From positions 18 to 64,017 of the forward strand of contig CALVKJ010000002.1 in the NCBI GenBank assembly GCA_944332675.1: a stretch of 64,000 nt of DNA, given 5' to 3'. Source of the DNA: an uncultured Bacilli bacterium. Lineage in GTDB: Bacteria; Bacillota_I; Bacilli_A; RF39; UBA660. Of this stretch, positions 17,194 to 26,769 are shown piece by piece (position 1 is the first letter of the stretch; each line of letters opens with the position of its first letter). A model generated the notes under the pieces. That model was given only the letters and a program-made list of their open reading frames with translations. It was not told the DNA's origin and searched no databases. The translations under genes were made by a program, and so were the position numbers.

Positions 17194-18474
17194 ATGAAAA
17201 TGTTATCAACTGAAGTAAGAACACTGCTTGATAAGTTGTATAATCTTCGCGGTGAAGATAGTGTTATTCTAACTAAAATGAATAAAGAAAGAGAAGATGC
17301 TATCGAAACTCAAGAAAGAACTAAAAATGAAAAAGAAGTTCTTATCAAGGAAATTGAAAATTTAACTGCAGAGGAAAAAACTTTAGCAGAAGAAGGCGAA
17401 AAATTAACTTCTGTTTTAAGTAGCATCAATAAAGATGATTTTGCTACAGTTTTAGATCGTTTAAATATCGATTTTGATCCTGCAGTAATAAATGAAAAAG
17501 TTAATAGAATGCTTCCAGAAACTATTGCTAAAGTTGTTGCGGAAAATAAAAAGGCTTCTGAAAAACTAGAAAGTGTTGAATCAGAAATGAACAATGCAAT
17601 AACTAAAGTAGAAGAATTAGGAATTCGTAAAGATGAAGCTTTAAGTAATCAAGCAAAATTAAATGAATACTTTGACTTAGCCTTGGCGGGTAATATTAAT
17701 ATAACTCGTGATGAAATAACTTCGTTACTTGAAAAATTTGATTTTTCTGAAAACGAACAAAGAGAAGCTGCGAAAATCTTGATGTTCCCAGAAGATGCTT
17801 TATATGAATATGATGCATCATTTAGAAGTGGTGATAAAGCTAGTGGCAAAACTATAACAGAAGTTTTAGTGGAAGCTAAGAAAGAATCGGAAGTTAAAGA
17901 ACCGCAGACTGAAGTAGTAACTGAACCAAGCAATATTGAACCAGTTAAAGAAAGCGCTAATAAAGATTCAGTTCTAGAAGAAATATTTGACAAAGTAATT
18001 GAAGAAAATACAATTCCAGAAGTAGAACCAACTACTACAGTTTCTCAAAGTTCAATATTTGAAGAATCTACTCCTGCAGTAGCTGAAGAAGCACCAAAAG
18101 AAAATGGACAAAGTGAAAAAGAAATATTATATAAAGTAATGCAAGAAAGTGGTTTAGACCCAGAAGATTATAATGCTAAAACTATTGAAAAACTTTTAGC
18201 AAATTATGATGCTGAAACTTTAAAAAATAATGTAGCTGAATTACGTAGTAAAAATATCGATCTTAAGATATTACGTAACAATATCGAATTGCTATATGAT
18301 AAAGAATTGGCTCAAAAGATTGCAAAATTATTAGAACTTGGAAAAGAAGCTCGTGATATAAGCCTTATGCCAAATGTTTTAGTTAAATATGACTTAAAGG
18401 GTTTAAATAATACGATTAATGTTTTACAAATAAGTGGACTTGATCCAAGAAAGGTACCTTTAATGGCATATTAG
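17194..18474 (+). CDS. coiled-coil protein with acidic linker and C-terminal helical-repeat domain, function unknown
   Basis: N-terminal heptad-rich Glu/Lys sequence, a Pro/Glu/Thr-rich linker and a C-terminal helical region (..ELGKEARDISLMPNVLVKYDLKGLNNTINVLQISGLDPRKV). Confidence 0.55.
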   Translation: MKMLSTEVRTLLDKLYNLRGEDSVILTKMNKEREDAIETQERTKNEKEVLIKEIENLTAEEKTLAEEGEKLTSVLSSINKDDFATVLDRLNIDFDPAVINEKVNRMLPETIAKVVAENKKASEKLESVESEMNNAITKVEELGIRKDEALSNQAKLNEYFDLALAGNINITRDEITSLLEKFDFSENEQREAAKILMFPEDALYEYDASFRSGDKASGKTITEVLVEAKKESEVKEPQTEVVTEPSNIEPVKESANKDSVLEEIFDKVIEENTIPEVEPTTTVSQSSIFEESTPAVAEEAPKENGQSEKEILYKVMQESGLDPEDYNAKTIEKLLANYDAETLKNNVAELRSKNIDLKILRNNIELLYDKELAQKIAKLLELGKEARDISLMPNVLVKYDLKGLNNTINVLQISGLDPRKVPLMAY

Positions 18475-18485
18475 AAAGGAGTTTT

Positions 18486-19154
18486 ATGGAACAAAGAGCA
18501 ATTGAACTAATAAACGAAACTAAAGCAAATTTTAAAGAACAAGATGCCGCACAAATTAATAAATACTGTGTATCCTATGATTTGGCGGATCCAGAATCTT
18601 TAAAAGTTTTAGAAAGCCACGGAATAACAATAAAAAAGCCTTCACAAGCAATAGTTTTAACAGAAGAACCAGCTAACTTGGATAGAAAAATAAAGCTTGC
18701 TGAAGAAATGGGATTTGTTGATGCATACAAACAAAATCCTCGACATTTGTCGCAACCAATTGAAAAAGTAATAAAAAGAATGTCTATGGCTGATGCTAAT
18801 AATATTAGTTATAAAAATGAAAAGGGCGCTTATGCATCATTCTTATTTAGCAATAGAGCTTTTAATTACATAGCTGGCAAAAGCACTTTAACTGAAGGTG
18901 ATAGCCCGGAGCAAGATCTTGATTTAGCTGAAGTGAAAGAAGATGCTTTGCGTATCCTAGAAACTTTTGCAATGGAAGATAAAAAAGATGAAATATATGC
19001 TCGCATCGATGCTATAGCTGATAAGGATTTAAGTGAAAAAGAAATGCTTGTCGAAGCTCTTAAAACACTTGGTGGTGCTGAAAGCGTATTAACTGAAACA
19101 ATTGATACAATATTGCTTCAAAAAGAAGAAATGAAAAGAGGAAGAGTAGCATGA
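18486..19154 (+). CDS. hypothetical helical-repeat protein
   Basis: 222-aa ORF 11 nt after the previous gene, with a GGAG RBS. Contains LAEEMGFVDAYKQNPRHLSQPIEKVIKRM-type helical hairpins. Confidence 0.55.
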   Translation: MEQRAIELINETKANFKEQDAAQINKYCVSYDLADPESLKVLESHGITIKKPSQAIVLTEEPANLDRKIKLAEEMGFVDAYKQNPRHLSQPIEKVIKRMSMADANNISYKNEKGAYASFLFSNRAFNYIAGKSTLTEGDSPEQDLDLAEVKEDALRILETFAMEDKKDEIYARIDAIADKDLSEKEMLVEALKTLGGAESVLTETIDTILLQKEEMKRGRVA

Positions 19155-19438
19155 ATTTTTTAGAAAAATATGGGTTTACTCCAGAAGATATTGAAGAATT
19201 TTTAGATAATACGCCCAAAAAAATCCAAGATGCAATAAAAGAACACGAAGATTTAGTGGAAACTAATCTTAAATTTGTAAAAGATTTAGGAACATCAGTT
19301 TATAAAGAAATATTTATTAATTATCCAGATATATTCTTACTTGATGCTAGTGTTTTTGAAAAGACATTCAGTCAATATGAAACTGCTGAATTAATTGAAA
19401 GTTTAAATAATAATTTTAAAGTAGCTGAATACTTATAA
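19151..19438 (+). CDS. hypothetical small helical-repeat protein
   Basis: ATGA overlap with the previous gene. Contains FLEKYGFTPEDIEEFL and FVKDLGTSVYKEIFINYPDIFLL repeats. Confidence 0.5.
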   Translation: MNFLEKYGFTPEDIEEFLDNTPKKIQDAIKEHEDLVETNLKFVKDLGTSVYKEIFINYPDIFLLDASVFEKTFSQYETAELIESLNNNFKVAEYL

Positions 19439-19444
19439 AAAAAG

Positions 19445-19467
19445 ATTCCTTATTGTAAGGAATTTTT
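19445..19467. terminator. bidirectional terminator
   Basis: ATTCCTTA-TTG-TAAGGAAT hairpin followed by TTTTT, between convergent genes. Confidence 0.55.
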
Positions 19468-20287
19468 AATTGGCTTTTTGTAACCTATATAAATTAATTG
19501 TTGGTTTGTTAAATGCCCTTATATTAAGATTATTATCTGTTCCTAATCCTGCAGATACGTAAAGTTCTGTTTCGTTTACTGTATAATGGTGATCAAGATA
19601 AATATTAGCTCCATCCTTTTTTATTGTTCCGCCGAAAAAAGGAATTCTTATTTGGCCCAATAGAGAATGACCAGCTAAAACTAAATCAACTTGTTTTTCA
19701 GCAATAATATCAATATTATCTGGTTTATGGGTTAGTACTATATTATATACAGTATCTAATTCATCTGCTAAATATAAAGCTGAATCTAATTTATCTATAT
19801 CAGTAATTCCTGTTAGTTTAATTGGTGAAACATCACCATAAAAAATATAGGTTGATTGATCATCTAGCAATATAAAACCGCTATCATTGATTATTTCTTT
19901 GTACAAATCTAAATTTGCTTCATCATTATCTCCGATAACTGCATATTTATATAAAGAACAGTCGAGTAAAGATAATTTTTCTTTTATTATTTCTATTTCT
20001 TCTTCAGTGATGTTATAATCTCTTGCAATCAAATCTCCAGTAAAAACTATTAAATCGGGCTTTAAATTATTGATTTTTTCTGTTATACTATCTAAATCTT
20101 CTACCGTTTTGGTGGAACCGATTAAAAGATCGGAAAATTGAACGATTTTAAAATCATCAAAAGAATCAGGCAAATCTTGAATAGCAATTGCATCTTCAAC
20201 AGTTTTAAAACCGTTAGTATTTATAAAAAACATATATATAACTATTGATATTAGTGCTATAGCTAATATTAAAAGGATTTTTTTCAT
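19466..20287 (-). CDS. membrane-anchored metallophosphoesterase (YkuE-like)
   Basis: Calcineurin-like motifs: FSDLLIG, FTGDLIARD, VIGDNDE, LTHKPD, LAGHSLLGQIRIP. Confidence 0.8.
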   Translation of the reverse strand: MKKILLILAIALISIVIYMFFINTNGFKTVEDAIAIQDLPDSFDDFKIVQFSDLLIGSTKTVEDLDSITEKINNLKPDLIVFTGDLIARDYNITEEEIEIIKEKLSLLDCSLYKYAVIGDNDEANLDLYKEIINDSGFILLDDQSTYIFYGDVSPIKLTGITDIDKLDSALYLADELDTVYNIVLTHKPDNIDIIAEKQVDLVLAGHSLLGQIRIPFFGGTIKKDGANIYLDHHYTVNETELYVSAGLGTDNNLNIRAFNKPTINLYRLQKAN

Positions 20288-20352
20288 TTGACCTCCATTT
20301 TTAATTGTTCAAATAAATAATACCACAATTAGCATTTATAGGCAATTTGCAA

Positions 20353-20381
20353 TTGAAAAAAAACTATATATATGGTAAACT
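20353..20381 (+). promoter_or_regulatory. candidate promoter of the filament operon
   Basis: TTGAAA-17 nt-TAAACT, about 20 nt upstream of the 20403 start. Confidence 0.35.
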
Positions 20382-20402
20382 AAATCATAGGTAGGTGTCG
20401 AA

Positions 20403-21161
20403 ATGTCTAGATATAAATATGTATTATTTTCAATAATTACTTTTGGATTATTTACATTATCAGCAAATGCAGCTAGCTGTAGTTATGAACAAAGGGCTGA
20501 ATTAAATAGTGAAATATCCAATATTACTGCCAACTATGAAGTAATTGAAGTGCCACTTGAAGAAGGAGCAACTCCTCCGGACGCTTTATTAGAATCAGAA
20601 GAGGAAGAATATACATGGATGGTAGAAGCTCTTCAAATAAATATACTAAATTTAACAGAAAATGTTTATGTTGAAGTTACTAATAATTACGACAACCAAA
20701 CTACCGTATATAATTATTCTGATACAGATAATGGAAATATTGCTATAGAATGGAGAACTCTTGGAGAACTAGTAACTTATACTATAAGAGTTTACGCATC
20801 TAGCGCTACTGATTGTGCTGATACATTATTAAGAACCTTACGAGTATCATTGCCAAGGTATAATGACTATGCTACATATGCAGTTTGTGATCAGGTTCCA
20901 GATTATTATTTGTGTCAACGATACGTATTTTTTGATCAAGTAGATTTTAACGAGTTTTCGACCAAAGTTTTAGCGGAAATCGAAAGAGTTGAACAAGAAG
21001 AAGAACAAAACAATGAAGAAGATACCACTTGGTATGAAGAGGTTGGTAATTTTATAAGCGAACATAAAACACCGATAATAATTGGCGTGGTATCTATTTT
21101 AGTTATAGCGGGGGTTATAGTTGTAATAGTAGTAATAAGACGTAGGAGAAGTGAAATATGA
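20403..21161 (+). CDS. secreted protein with C-terminal TM anchor (first gene of filament operon), function unknown
   Basis: Signal peptide (..FTLSANA/AS), acidic segments, and a C-terminal TM plus RRRRSEI stop-transfer tail. ATGA overlap with the next gene. Confidence 0.6.
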   Translation: MSRYKYVLFSIITFGLFTLSANAASCSYEQRAELNSEISNITANYEVIEVPLEEGATPPDALLESEEEEYTWMVEALQINILNLTENVYVEVTNNYDNQTTVYNYSDTDNGNIAIEWRTLGELVTYTIRVYASSATDCADTLLRTLRVSLPRYNDYATYAVCDQVPDYYLCQRYVFFDQVDFNEFSTKVLAEIERVEQEEEQNNEEDTTWYEEVGNFISEHKTPIIIGVVSILVIAGVIVVIVVIRRRRSEI

Positions 21162-24100
21162 AAAAGTTTTTAAAAATTTTAGCAGTTTTTGTAGTATTTT
21201 TCTTTAGTATAAATTCAGCTGAGGCTTTTAGTACTGATACATCAATTGTGTATACTAAAACTAGAGCTGATACAATCAGAATTAACAGTTTAAGGCTTAC
21301 TAACGGTAGTAGTAGCAAAAGTTATTCTACTTACCTTTACAATATGGTGGGTAATGGTGAAACTTATATAACTTATTGTATGGACCCACATAAACCAGCA
21401 GCTACTTATTATACGTTGGACCGTATTTTAGGAGATGCTTCCTATTCTGGTGGAGTTAGAGCATTTGACTATGGGATGTTGGAAATACTTAAACATGCAT
21501 ATACGCAAATTAACAATGAATTTACTACTAGTGATGCAACACCAGAAACCACTCCTGATCCTTTTGTTACAACACTTACTGGTGAAAAACTTTACGCTGC
21601 AGCCAGAATAGCTATTGTATCTTTGAACTCAGCGGTATTCGGCTGGGCTGGTAGAGGTTTAAATGACCAAAGCATGAGAGCAACAGCATCTTCTTATTTA
21701 ACTCGTGGTACATATTGGGCACAATGGCGTGAAGATATTGCTGTTTTTACGGGAACTACTGGTACCACTCCAAGTGAAAGATATAAACAAATAATTAATA
21801 GAAATGAACAATACTATACTTGGTATATGAGTGATTGGGATTTTACTGGTTGGTCTTATGGCAATGATGCTTATGATGTAATTTATGCAGCCAAAGAACT
21901 TTTTGATATTGGTTTGGATGCTGCTGTAGATTTCGTTGAAAATGGCCGTGTTGAATCAAGCATAAGTGGTAGTGTTACTTCAACTGTTCAAGATGGTCAA
22001 AGAACCGAAGATGAAGTTCAAGAATACGTATATATTAATATGGATCTAGTAGACTTTGCGGAAGATGCATATGTCAATAACTTTAATTTCACTTGTAGTA
22101 ATTGCTCAAGTAGTGGTGTAACATACGATTACATGGAATATTACAATGCTGAAAATGAATGGGTAAGATTAACTTCTGATGTTGATATTTCTAAAGTATT
22201 AACACCAGATGAAGATGGCATAAGAAGTGGGACAGTAAGAATCAGAGTTCACTTTACTAAACAAGTATTAGATGAAGAAAATTGTAGCAATGCTTCATTT
22301 ACTGTAACTTACGATTATTATGATCCTAATAAACAATATATTGGAGCTTTATTAAAAAACAAAAATGGTGATTATCAAAGAATGCTTGTTATTGATGAAG
22401 TTTCTGGTGATGTTAATTCCGATGGCATTCCTGGATCTGTTGGTTGTGCTAATCCTGTTTGTGATACACAATTATCAGTTCCAATTTGTAGTGATGATGA
22501 AGACGAAGCAATATCAGAAATTTATGCACCAGAAAATATTAAAAAATGCGTTTTAGATAATCAAGACGATGCTGGAAATAATTATAATTTAGTTGAAGAT
22601 TCTGGTGGAGTTTCTGAAGATAATGCATATTGTCAAGTTTTCTGTAAAGAAGATTACTTTGATGTAATTCAAGAAGAAGGCGGAAATGTCCTTGGTGGTA
22701 TTAAATTGAATCCTGAAATAGAAGATGTTAACTGTGGTGGATATTTCCAATTAACAGCTCACGTAGAAGGTAAGAAAGATTGCTATACTAGTGGCGGAAC
22801 TGAAGATAAAGAAATAAATAGGGAACAATATATTGCCGATATAACAGAAGCTCAAATAACAATGATTAATGCATACAATGAATATTTAAGATGGCAAACT
22901 GCATATGATAGTGTTCCAGAAACAGATAGCAATAAATATCACTCTCTTGAAACAGACCCTTATACTTGTTGCCCTGAGCCACCTGCAACTGGAAGTTGTA
23001 GTTGTGGTTGTGGTATTGATGGATATTGTGTAGGATATAATATCAGCGGAGAAGTTACAGGTTTCTCTTATAGTGATAATGGAGATGGAACGTTAACAAT
23101 TAGTAGAAACCAAACTTTGTCATATAGTTATACAGATGATGGCGGAAGATCAGCAAGTGGCTGTGGTGGAAGTTGTAGTTCTGGATCAACTTCAACATTA
23201 AAAAGGAACCTAAAAGATGATTATTTAGATCCAGCTATAGATGCTTTAAATACTGCAATTAGTAAATATGAACAAATAATTGCTAGCTATAACTCTTGTA
23301 CTACAAATTGGACAAATGAATATCCTTTTGAACAAAAATTGAGTTTCTACTATAGCGAATATCAAGGAAATGAAGATTATAGTCCTTATTACGATTTAAT
23401 TTCTGCAACTGGCGATCCTGATTTATATTATCTTGATCCTGTTGATGAATCATTAGTTGAAGAATATGAAATTGAAATTTGTTTAGATGGTACAACATCA
23501 GAATATGAATGTGAAGGTAGACAATATAATTATGAAGAAATGGATGTTACATTAGGAACTTATAATTATTCTCAAGATTATTCTGAAGTATTCGAACATC
23601 AAGATTATATAAAGTGTAGTGAAAGCGGTTGCTCAATCGATCAAGATGCTTATGTTTCAAATGCAACATTCGTAAAAAAGACTGTTAAAAAATCACAAGA
23701 TTATATAACACCAACTGTGTTCTATCAAATTGAAGCGAATGGACGTATTACTGTAAATAGTGGTTATACTGGAAATGCTTTAACTTTAGATGCACTAATT
23801 AATGCTTTACCAATATCTACTCGTGCTACTGGTGGTGGAGTCTTCAAATTAATGCTTGAAGATTTAGGTGAATTCTATGACCCAAGTGATGCTGTAACTC
23901 AAGCGGATAACTTAGGTAGATTAATAGACTATGGTAGATCGGAAGTTGATGGAGTTAACCACGTTAGAGGAGATAACTACGATAAGAGTGTAGCAGTTGC
24001 TGTAGGAAGAGAAGGAATTGAAACATTTACTGGTGATTACACTTGCTACTACTACTCTGATTGTCGAACTGAAGACTGTCCAGATTGCGACTTTGTCTGT

Positions 24101-24727
24101 GAAGAAGGAGAATGTGAATGGGTATACTGTCCAGATTGTGAATTTGATTGTGTAAACTGTATTTTCAATTTAGATGAATTACAGATAAACTTTAAACCAA
24201 TATCTACTGTAGATGTCGAATCTGCTAATAGAGATTTAGGTTACAACTGGAATGTTAATACAACCCTTGAAGCTCTGGAATTATTGCGAGATAAAGCATC
24301 ACTTACTATTCAAGAAATAGAAACAGAAAATGAAACAATTTACAATAAGACTGGTGATGATTCAGAATTAGACTTTAGTATTAGATTAAATTCTGAAATT
24401 ATCAACTATTTAAAAGAATACAATGGATCTGTTGAAGACGAGGGTGGTTATGCAAATGACTCACTAACTTGCTATTCTGCAACAATTGATGGTAAGAATT
24501 TTGCAAATATCTTCTGTTATAGTGATGTATTAGATGATTTGTATGATCAATATGAAGATCAAATAACATTTGCACCAGGAAGAATTTCTAGAGGTCAAAG
24601 AAATGTAGATTCTGATGGTTCAAGTAATGCCAATGCAAATGGTTATTGGTCATTATGGTCTGGATGGACAGAATCTGAAAAAGTAAATGGTCAATACTCT
24701 GTTATTGGTGGACCATCATGGAAATAG
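21158..24727 (+). CDS. 1189-aa secreted Cys-rich protein (candidate filament-associated adhesin), function unknown
   Basis: Signal peptide MKKFLKILAVFVVFFFSINSAEA/FS; no LPXTG and no C-terminal TM. Cys clusters: CCPEPPATGSCSCGCGIDGYC and DCPDCDFVCEEGECEWVYCPDCEFDCVNC. Confidence 0.65.
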   Translation: MKKFLKILAVFVVFFFSINSAEAFSTDTSIVYTKTRADTIRINSLRLTNGSSSKSYSTYLYNMVGNGETYITYCMDPHKPAATYYTLDRILGDASYSGGVRAFDYGMLEILKHAYTQINNEFTTSDATPETTPDPFVTTLTGEKLYAAARIAIVSLNSAVFGWAGRGLNDQSMRATASSYLTRGTYWAQWREDIAVFTGTTGTTPSERYKQIINRNEQYYTWYMSDWDFTGWSYGNDAYDVIYAAKELFDIGLDAAVDFVENGRVESSISGSVTSTVQDGQRTEDEVQEYVYINMDLVDFAEDAYVNNFNFTCSNCSSSGVTYDYMEYYNAENEWVRLTSDVDISKVLTPDEDGIRSGTVRIRVHFTKQVLDEENCSNASFTVTYDYYDPNKQYIGALLKNKNGDYQRMLVIDEVSGDVNSDGIPGSVGCANPVCDTQLSVPICSDDEDEAISEIYAPENIKKCVLDNQDDAGNNYNLVEDSGGVSEDNAYCQVFCKEDYFDVIQEEGGNVLGGIKLNPEIEDVNCGGYFQLTAHVEGKKDCYTSGGTEDKEINREQYIADITEAQITMINAYNEYLRWQTAYDSVPETDSNKYHSLETDPYTCCPEPPATGSCSCGCGIDGYCVGYNISGEVTGFSYSDNGDGTLTISRNQTLSYSYTDDGGRSASGCGGSCSSGSTSTLKRNLKDDYLDPAIDALNTAISKYEQIIASYNSCTTNWTNEYPFEQKLSFYYSEYQGNEDYSPYYDLISATGDPDLYYLDPVDESLVEEYEIEICLDGTTSEYECEGRQYNYEEMDVTLGTYNYSQDYSEVFEHQDYIKCSESGCSIDQDAYVSNATFVKKTVKKSQDYITPTVFYQIEANGRITVNSGYTGNALTLDALINALPISTRATGGGVFKLMLEDLGEFYDPSDAVTQADNLGRLIDYGRSEVDGVNHVRGDNYDKSVAVAVGREGIETFTGDYTCYYYSDCRTEDCPDCDFVCEEGECEWVYCPDCEFDCVNCIFNLDELQINFKPISTVDVESANRDLGYNWNVNTTLEALELLRDKASLTIQEIETENETIYNKTGDDSELDFSIRLNSEIINYLKEYNGSVEDEGGYANDSLTCYSATIDGKNFANIFCYSDVLDDLYDQYEDQITFAPGRISRGQRNVDSDGSSNANANGYWSLWSGWTESEKVNGQYSVIGGPSWK

Positions 24728-24740
24728 GGGTGAATAGTTA

Positions 24741-25148
24741 ATGAAAAATGCTTTGTGGGGATACTGGTTAGTATTACTTGGAATATTCGTAGTTGTTATA
24801 ATGTTGCTTGTGCAAAATTTAACAACTTCGTCTACCCAAGATTACTATTTAATAAAAGAAATTACGGAAGCAGCTTTAATAGATGCAGTTGACTATTCTT
24901 ACTATCGTACTTTCGGTGAAATTAAAATAAATAAAGAAAAGTTCTATGAAAGTTTTATTCGAAGATTTTCGGAAAACGCTTCAGTTACTACCGACTATAC
25001 AATTAATTTTTACGGAGTTTATGAAGCACCGCCAAAAGCTAGTGTAGAAATTAAAAGTAAATCAAACACATTCAATGTTGTAGGAGATTCGGAATCCTTT
25101 GATATGACTGAAAGAATTGATGCTATTATTGAAGGAAATGCAATATAA
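24741..25148 (+). CDS. pilin-like/pseudopilin-like protein (short leader plus N-terminal hydrophobic helix)
   Basis: MKNALWG then YWLVLLGIFVVVIMLLV, followed by a ~100-aa soluble domain. Same architecture as ORF 32590. Confidence 0.45.
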   Translation: MKNALWGYWLVLLGIFVVVIMLLVQNLTTSSTQDYYLIKEITEAALIDAVDYSYYRTFGEIKINKEKFYESFIRRFSENASVTTDYTINFYGVYEAPPKASVEIKSKSNTFNVVGDSESFDMTERIDAIIEGNAI

Positions 25149-25169
25149 AAATAAAAATGGAGGAATAAA

Positions 25170-25943
25170 ATGGGAAATTTAATAAATACATTTAAAAGAT
25201 TTCTTACAAATAAAACGACAGTTACCATTTTAGGGATAGTAATAGGGATAGCAGTATTATTTTTCTTCTATATGTATCGTGTAAATAATGCTGTTAACCC
25301 TAGAGAAATCCCGGTTGCTACTAGAACAATCGCTGCAACTGAAGAAATTACGCGTGATGATATTAAAATGGTTAGCATCGGAAGTAGTTTTTTAAATGAT
25401 GCTGATGTATATACTAGTGCAGATTCTTTAGTTGGAAAATATGTAAATACTGGTACATCTATTCCAGCTGGAGGAATGTTTTATACTAGCCAAGTGGTTG
25501 AAAAAGAAGAATTGCCAAATTCAATATTTGATGAAATACCTGATGGCTATACAATTTATCAGTTAAGAGTAGATAATGAATCGACTTATGCTAATTCGAT
25601 TTATCCTGGTGATAGAATTGACTTATGGATGTCAACAACGCAAGATGGTTTGGTTTATTATGGTGAATTTATCCACGGAATTGAAGTTTTAGCAGTTCGT
25701 GATTCTAGCGGTGAAAATGTTTTTGATGTAACGAGTGGAAGAACACCAGCTTGGTTACTGTTTGCAGTTCCTACCGATATGTATCGTTATTTAAAAGTTG
25801 CTGAATTTTTATCAGGAGTAACTATAACACCGCTTGTTAGAAATACCAATTATAATTCTGATGTTGGTTCAACTGAAATTACCAATGAAGTATTATTACA
25901 AATGATCGAAAGCAGAATTATGGATATGGGTGGAAGTTACTAG
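25170..25943 (+). CDS. CpaB/RcpC-like Flp pilus assembly protein, copy 1
   Basis: N-terminal TM, then PREIPVATRTIAATEEITRDDI (SAF-like) and a C-terminal beta domain. Paralogue of the next ORF. Confidence 0.65.
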   Translation: MGNLINTFKRFLTNKTTVTILGIVIGIAVLFFFYMYRVNNAVNPREIPVATRTIAATEEITRDDIKMVSIGSSFLNDADVYTSADSLVGKYVNTGTSIPAGGMFYTSQVVEKEELPNSIFDEIPDGYTIYQLRVDNESTYANSIYPGDRIDLWMSTTQDGLVYYGEFIHGIEVLAVRDSSGENVFDVTSGRTPAWLLFAVPTDMYRYLKVAEFLSGVTITPLVRNTNYNSDVGSTEITNEVLLQMIESRIMDMGGSY

Positions 25944-25952
25944 GAGGATAAA

Positions 25953-26741
25953 ATGGGAAATATTTTAAAGAATATTAAAAATGCACTTTTAAATAGAAAT
26001 ACAGTAACTATATTAGCCGTTTTAGCGGGAGTAGTAGTTTTATGGTTTTTCTATAATATGACAGTAAATAATGCCATTAATCCTCAAAGAGTTCCTGTAG
26101 CAACAAGGAACATAACTGCTAAAGAAATGATAACTTCTGAAGATTTTGAGTACGTTGAAATTAATAGTGGATTTTTAGAAAGTGCCAATATTATTACTAA
26201 TGCTAGTCAACTTGTTGGTTACTATGTTAAAAATGAAACTTCGATTGTTGAAGGAGCAATGTTTTACCGCGAACAAGTTGTTGAAAGAAGTGAACTTAAA
26301 GAAAGAGAACAAGAAACTCTACCAGATGGTTACACGATATATTGGCTTCAAGTTGATAACACAAGTACATACGCTAATTCAATTTATCCTGGTGATAAAA
26401 TAGACTTATGGTTGAAAGCTGAAGTTGATGGTCAATTTATTTATGATGAATTTATCAATAGTATCGAAGTAGTTTCTATAAAAAATTCATCTGGAGCTAA
26501 TGTGTTTGATACTCAAACTTCTAGTGAACCAGCTTGGTTATCATTTGCAGTAACTTTCGAAATGGCTGAATACTTAGAGTTAATTGATAGAATAACTGAA
26601 AATAGAATGGAAGTATATCCAGTACCAAGAAATAAATTGTATACAACTGAAGGAGCTGAAGTATCTTATTCGAATGAACTATTATTACAAATGATTGATA
26701 GTTATGCCGGATTTACTCCAGGATCGACAACAACCGAATAA
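25953..26741 (+). CDS. CpaB/RcpC-like Flp pilus assembly protein, copy 2
   Basis: Same layout as copy 1. Shared blocks include DGYTIYWLQVDNTSTYANSIYPGDKIDLW. Confidence 0.65.
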   Translation: MGNILKNIKNALLNRNTVTILAVLAGVVVLWFFYNMTVNNAINPQRVPVATRNITAKEMITSEDFEYVEINSGFLESANIITNASQLVGYYVKNETSIVEGAMFYREQVVERSELKEREQETLPDGYTIYWLQVDNTSTYANSIYPGDKIDLWLKAEVDGQFIYDEFINSIEVVSIKNSSGANVFDTQTSSEPAWLSFAVTFEMAEYLELIDRITENRMEVYPVPRNKLYTTEGAEVSYSNELLLQMIDSYAGFTPGSTTTE

Positions 26742-26769
26742 AAAAGAATTAAATAAGAGGTGGCAAATC

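Noticed and set aside
26695-26769. Track start of the ATPase ORF (ATG 26695) and of the FN3 protein (43980)
   Set aside because: Both would overlap the preceding gene substantially and both lack an RBS. In-frame downstream starts (GTG 26770; ATG 44100) have strong RBSs and give sensible N-termini.
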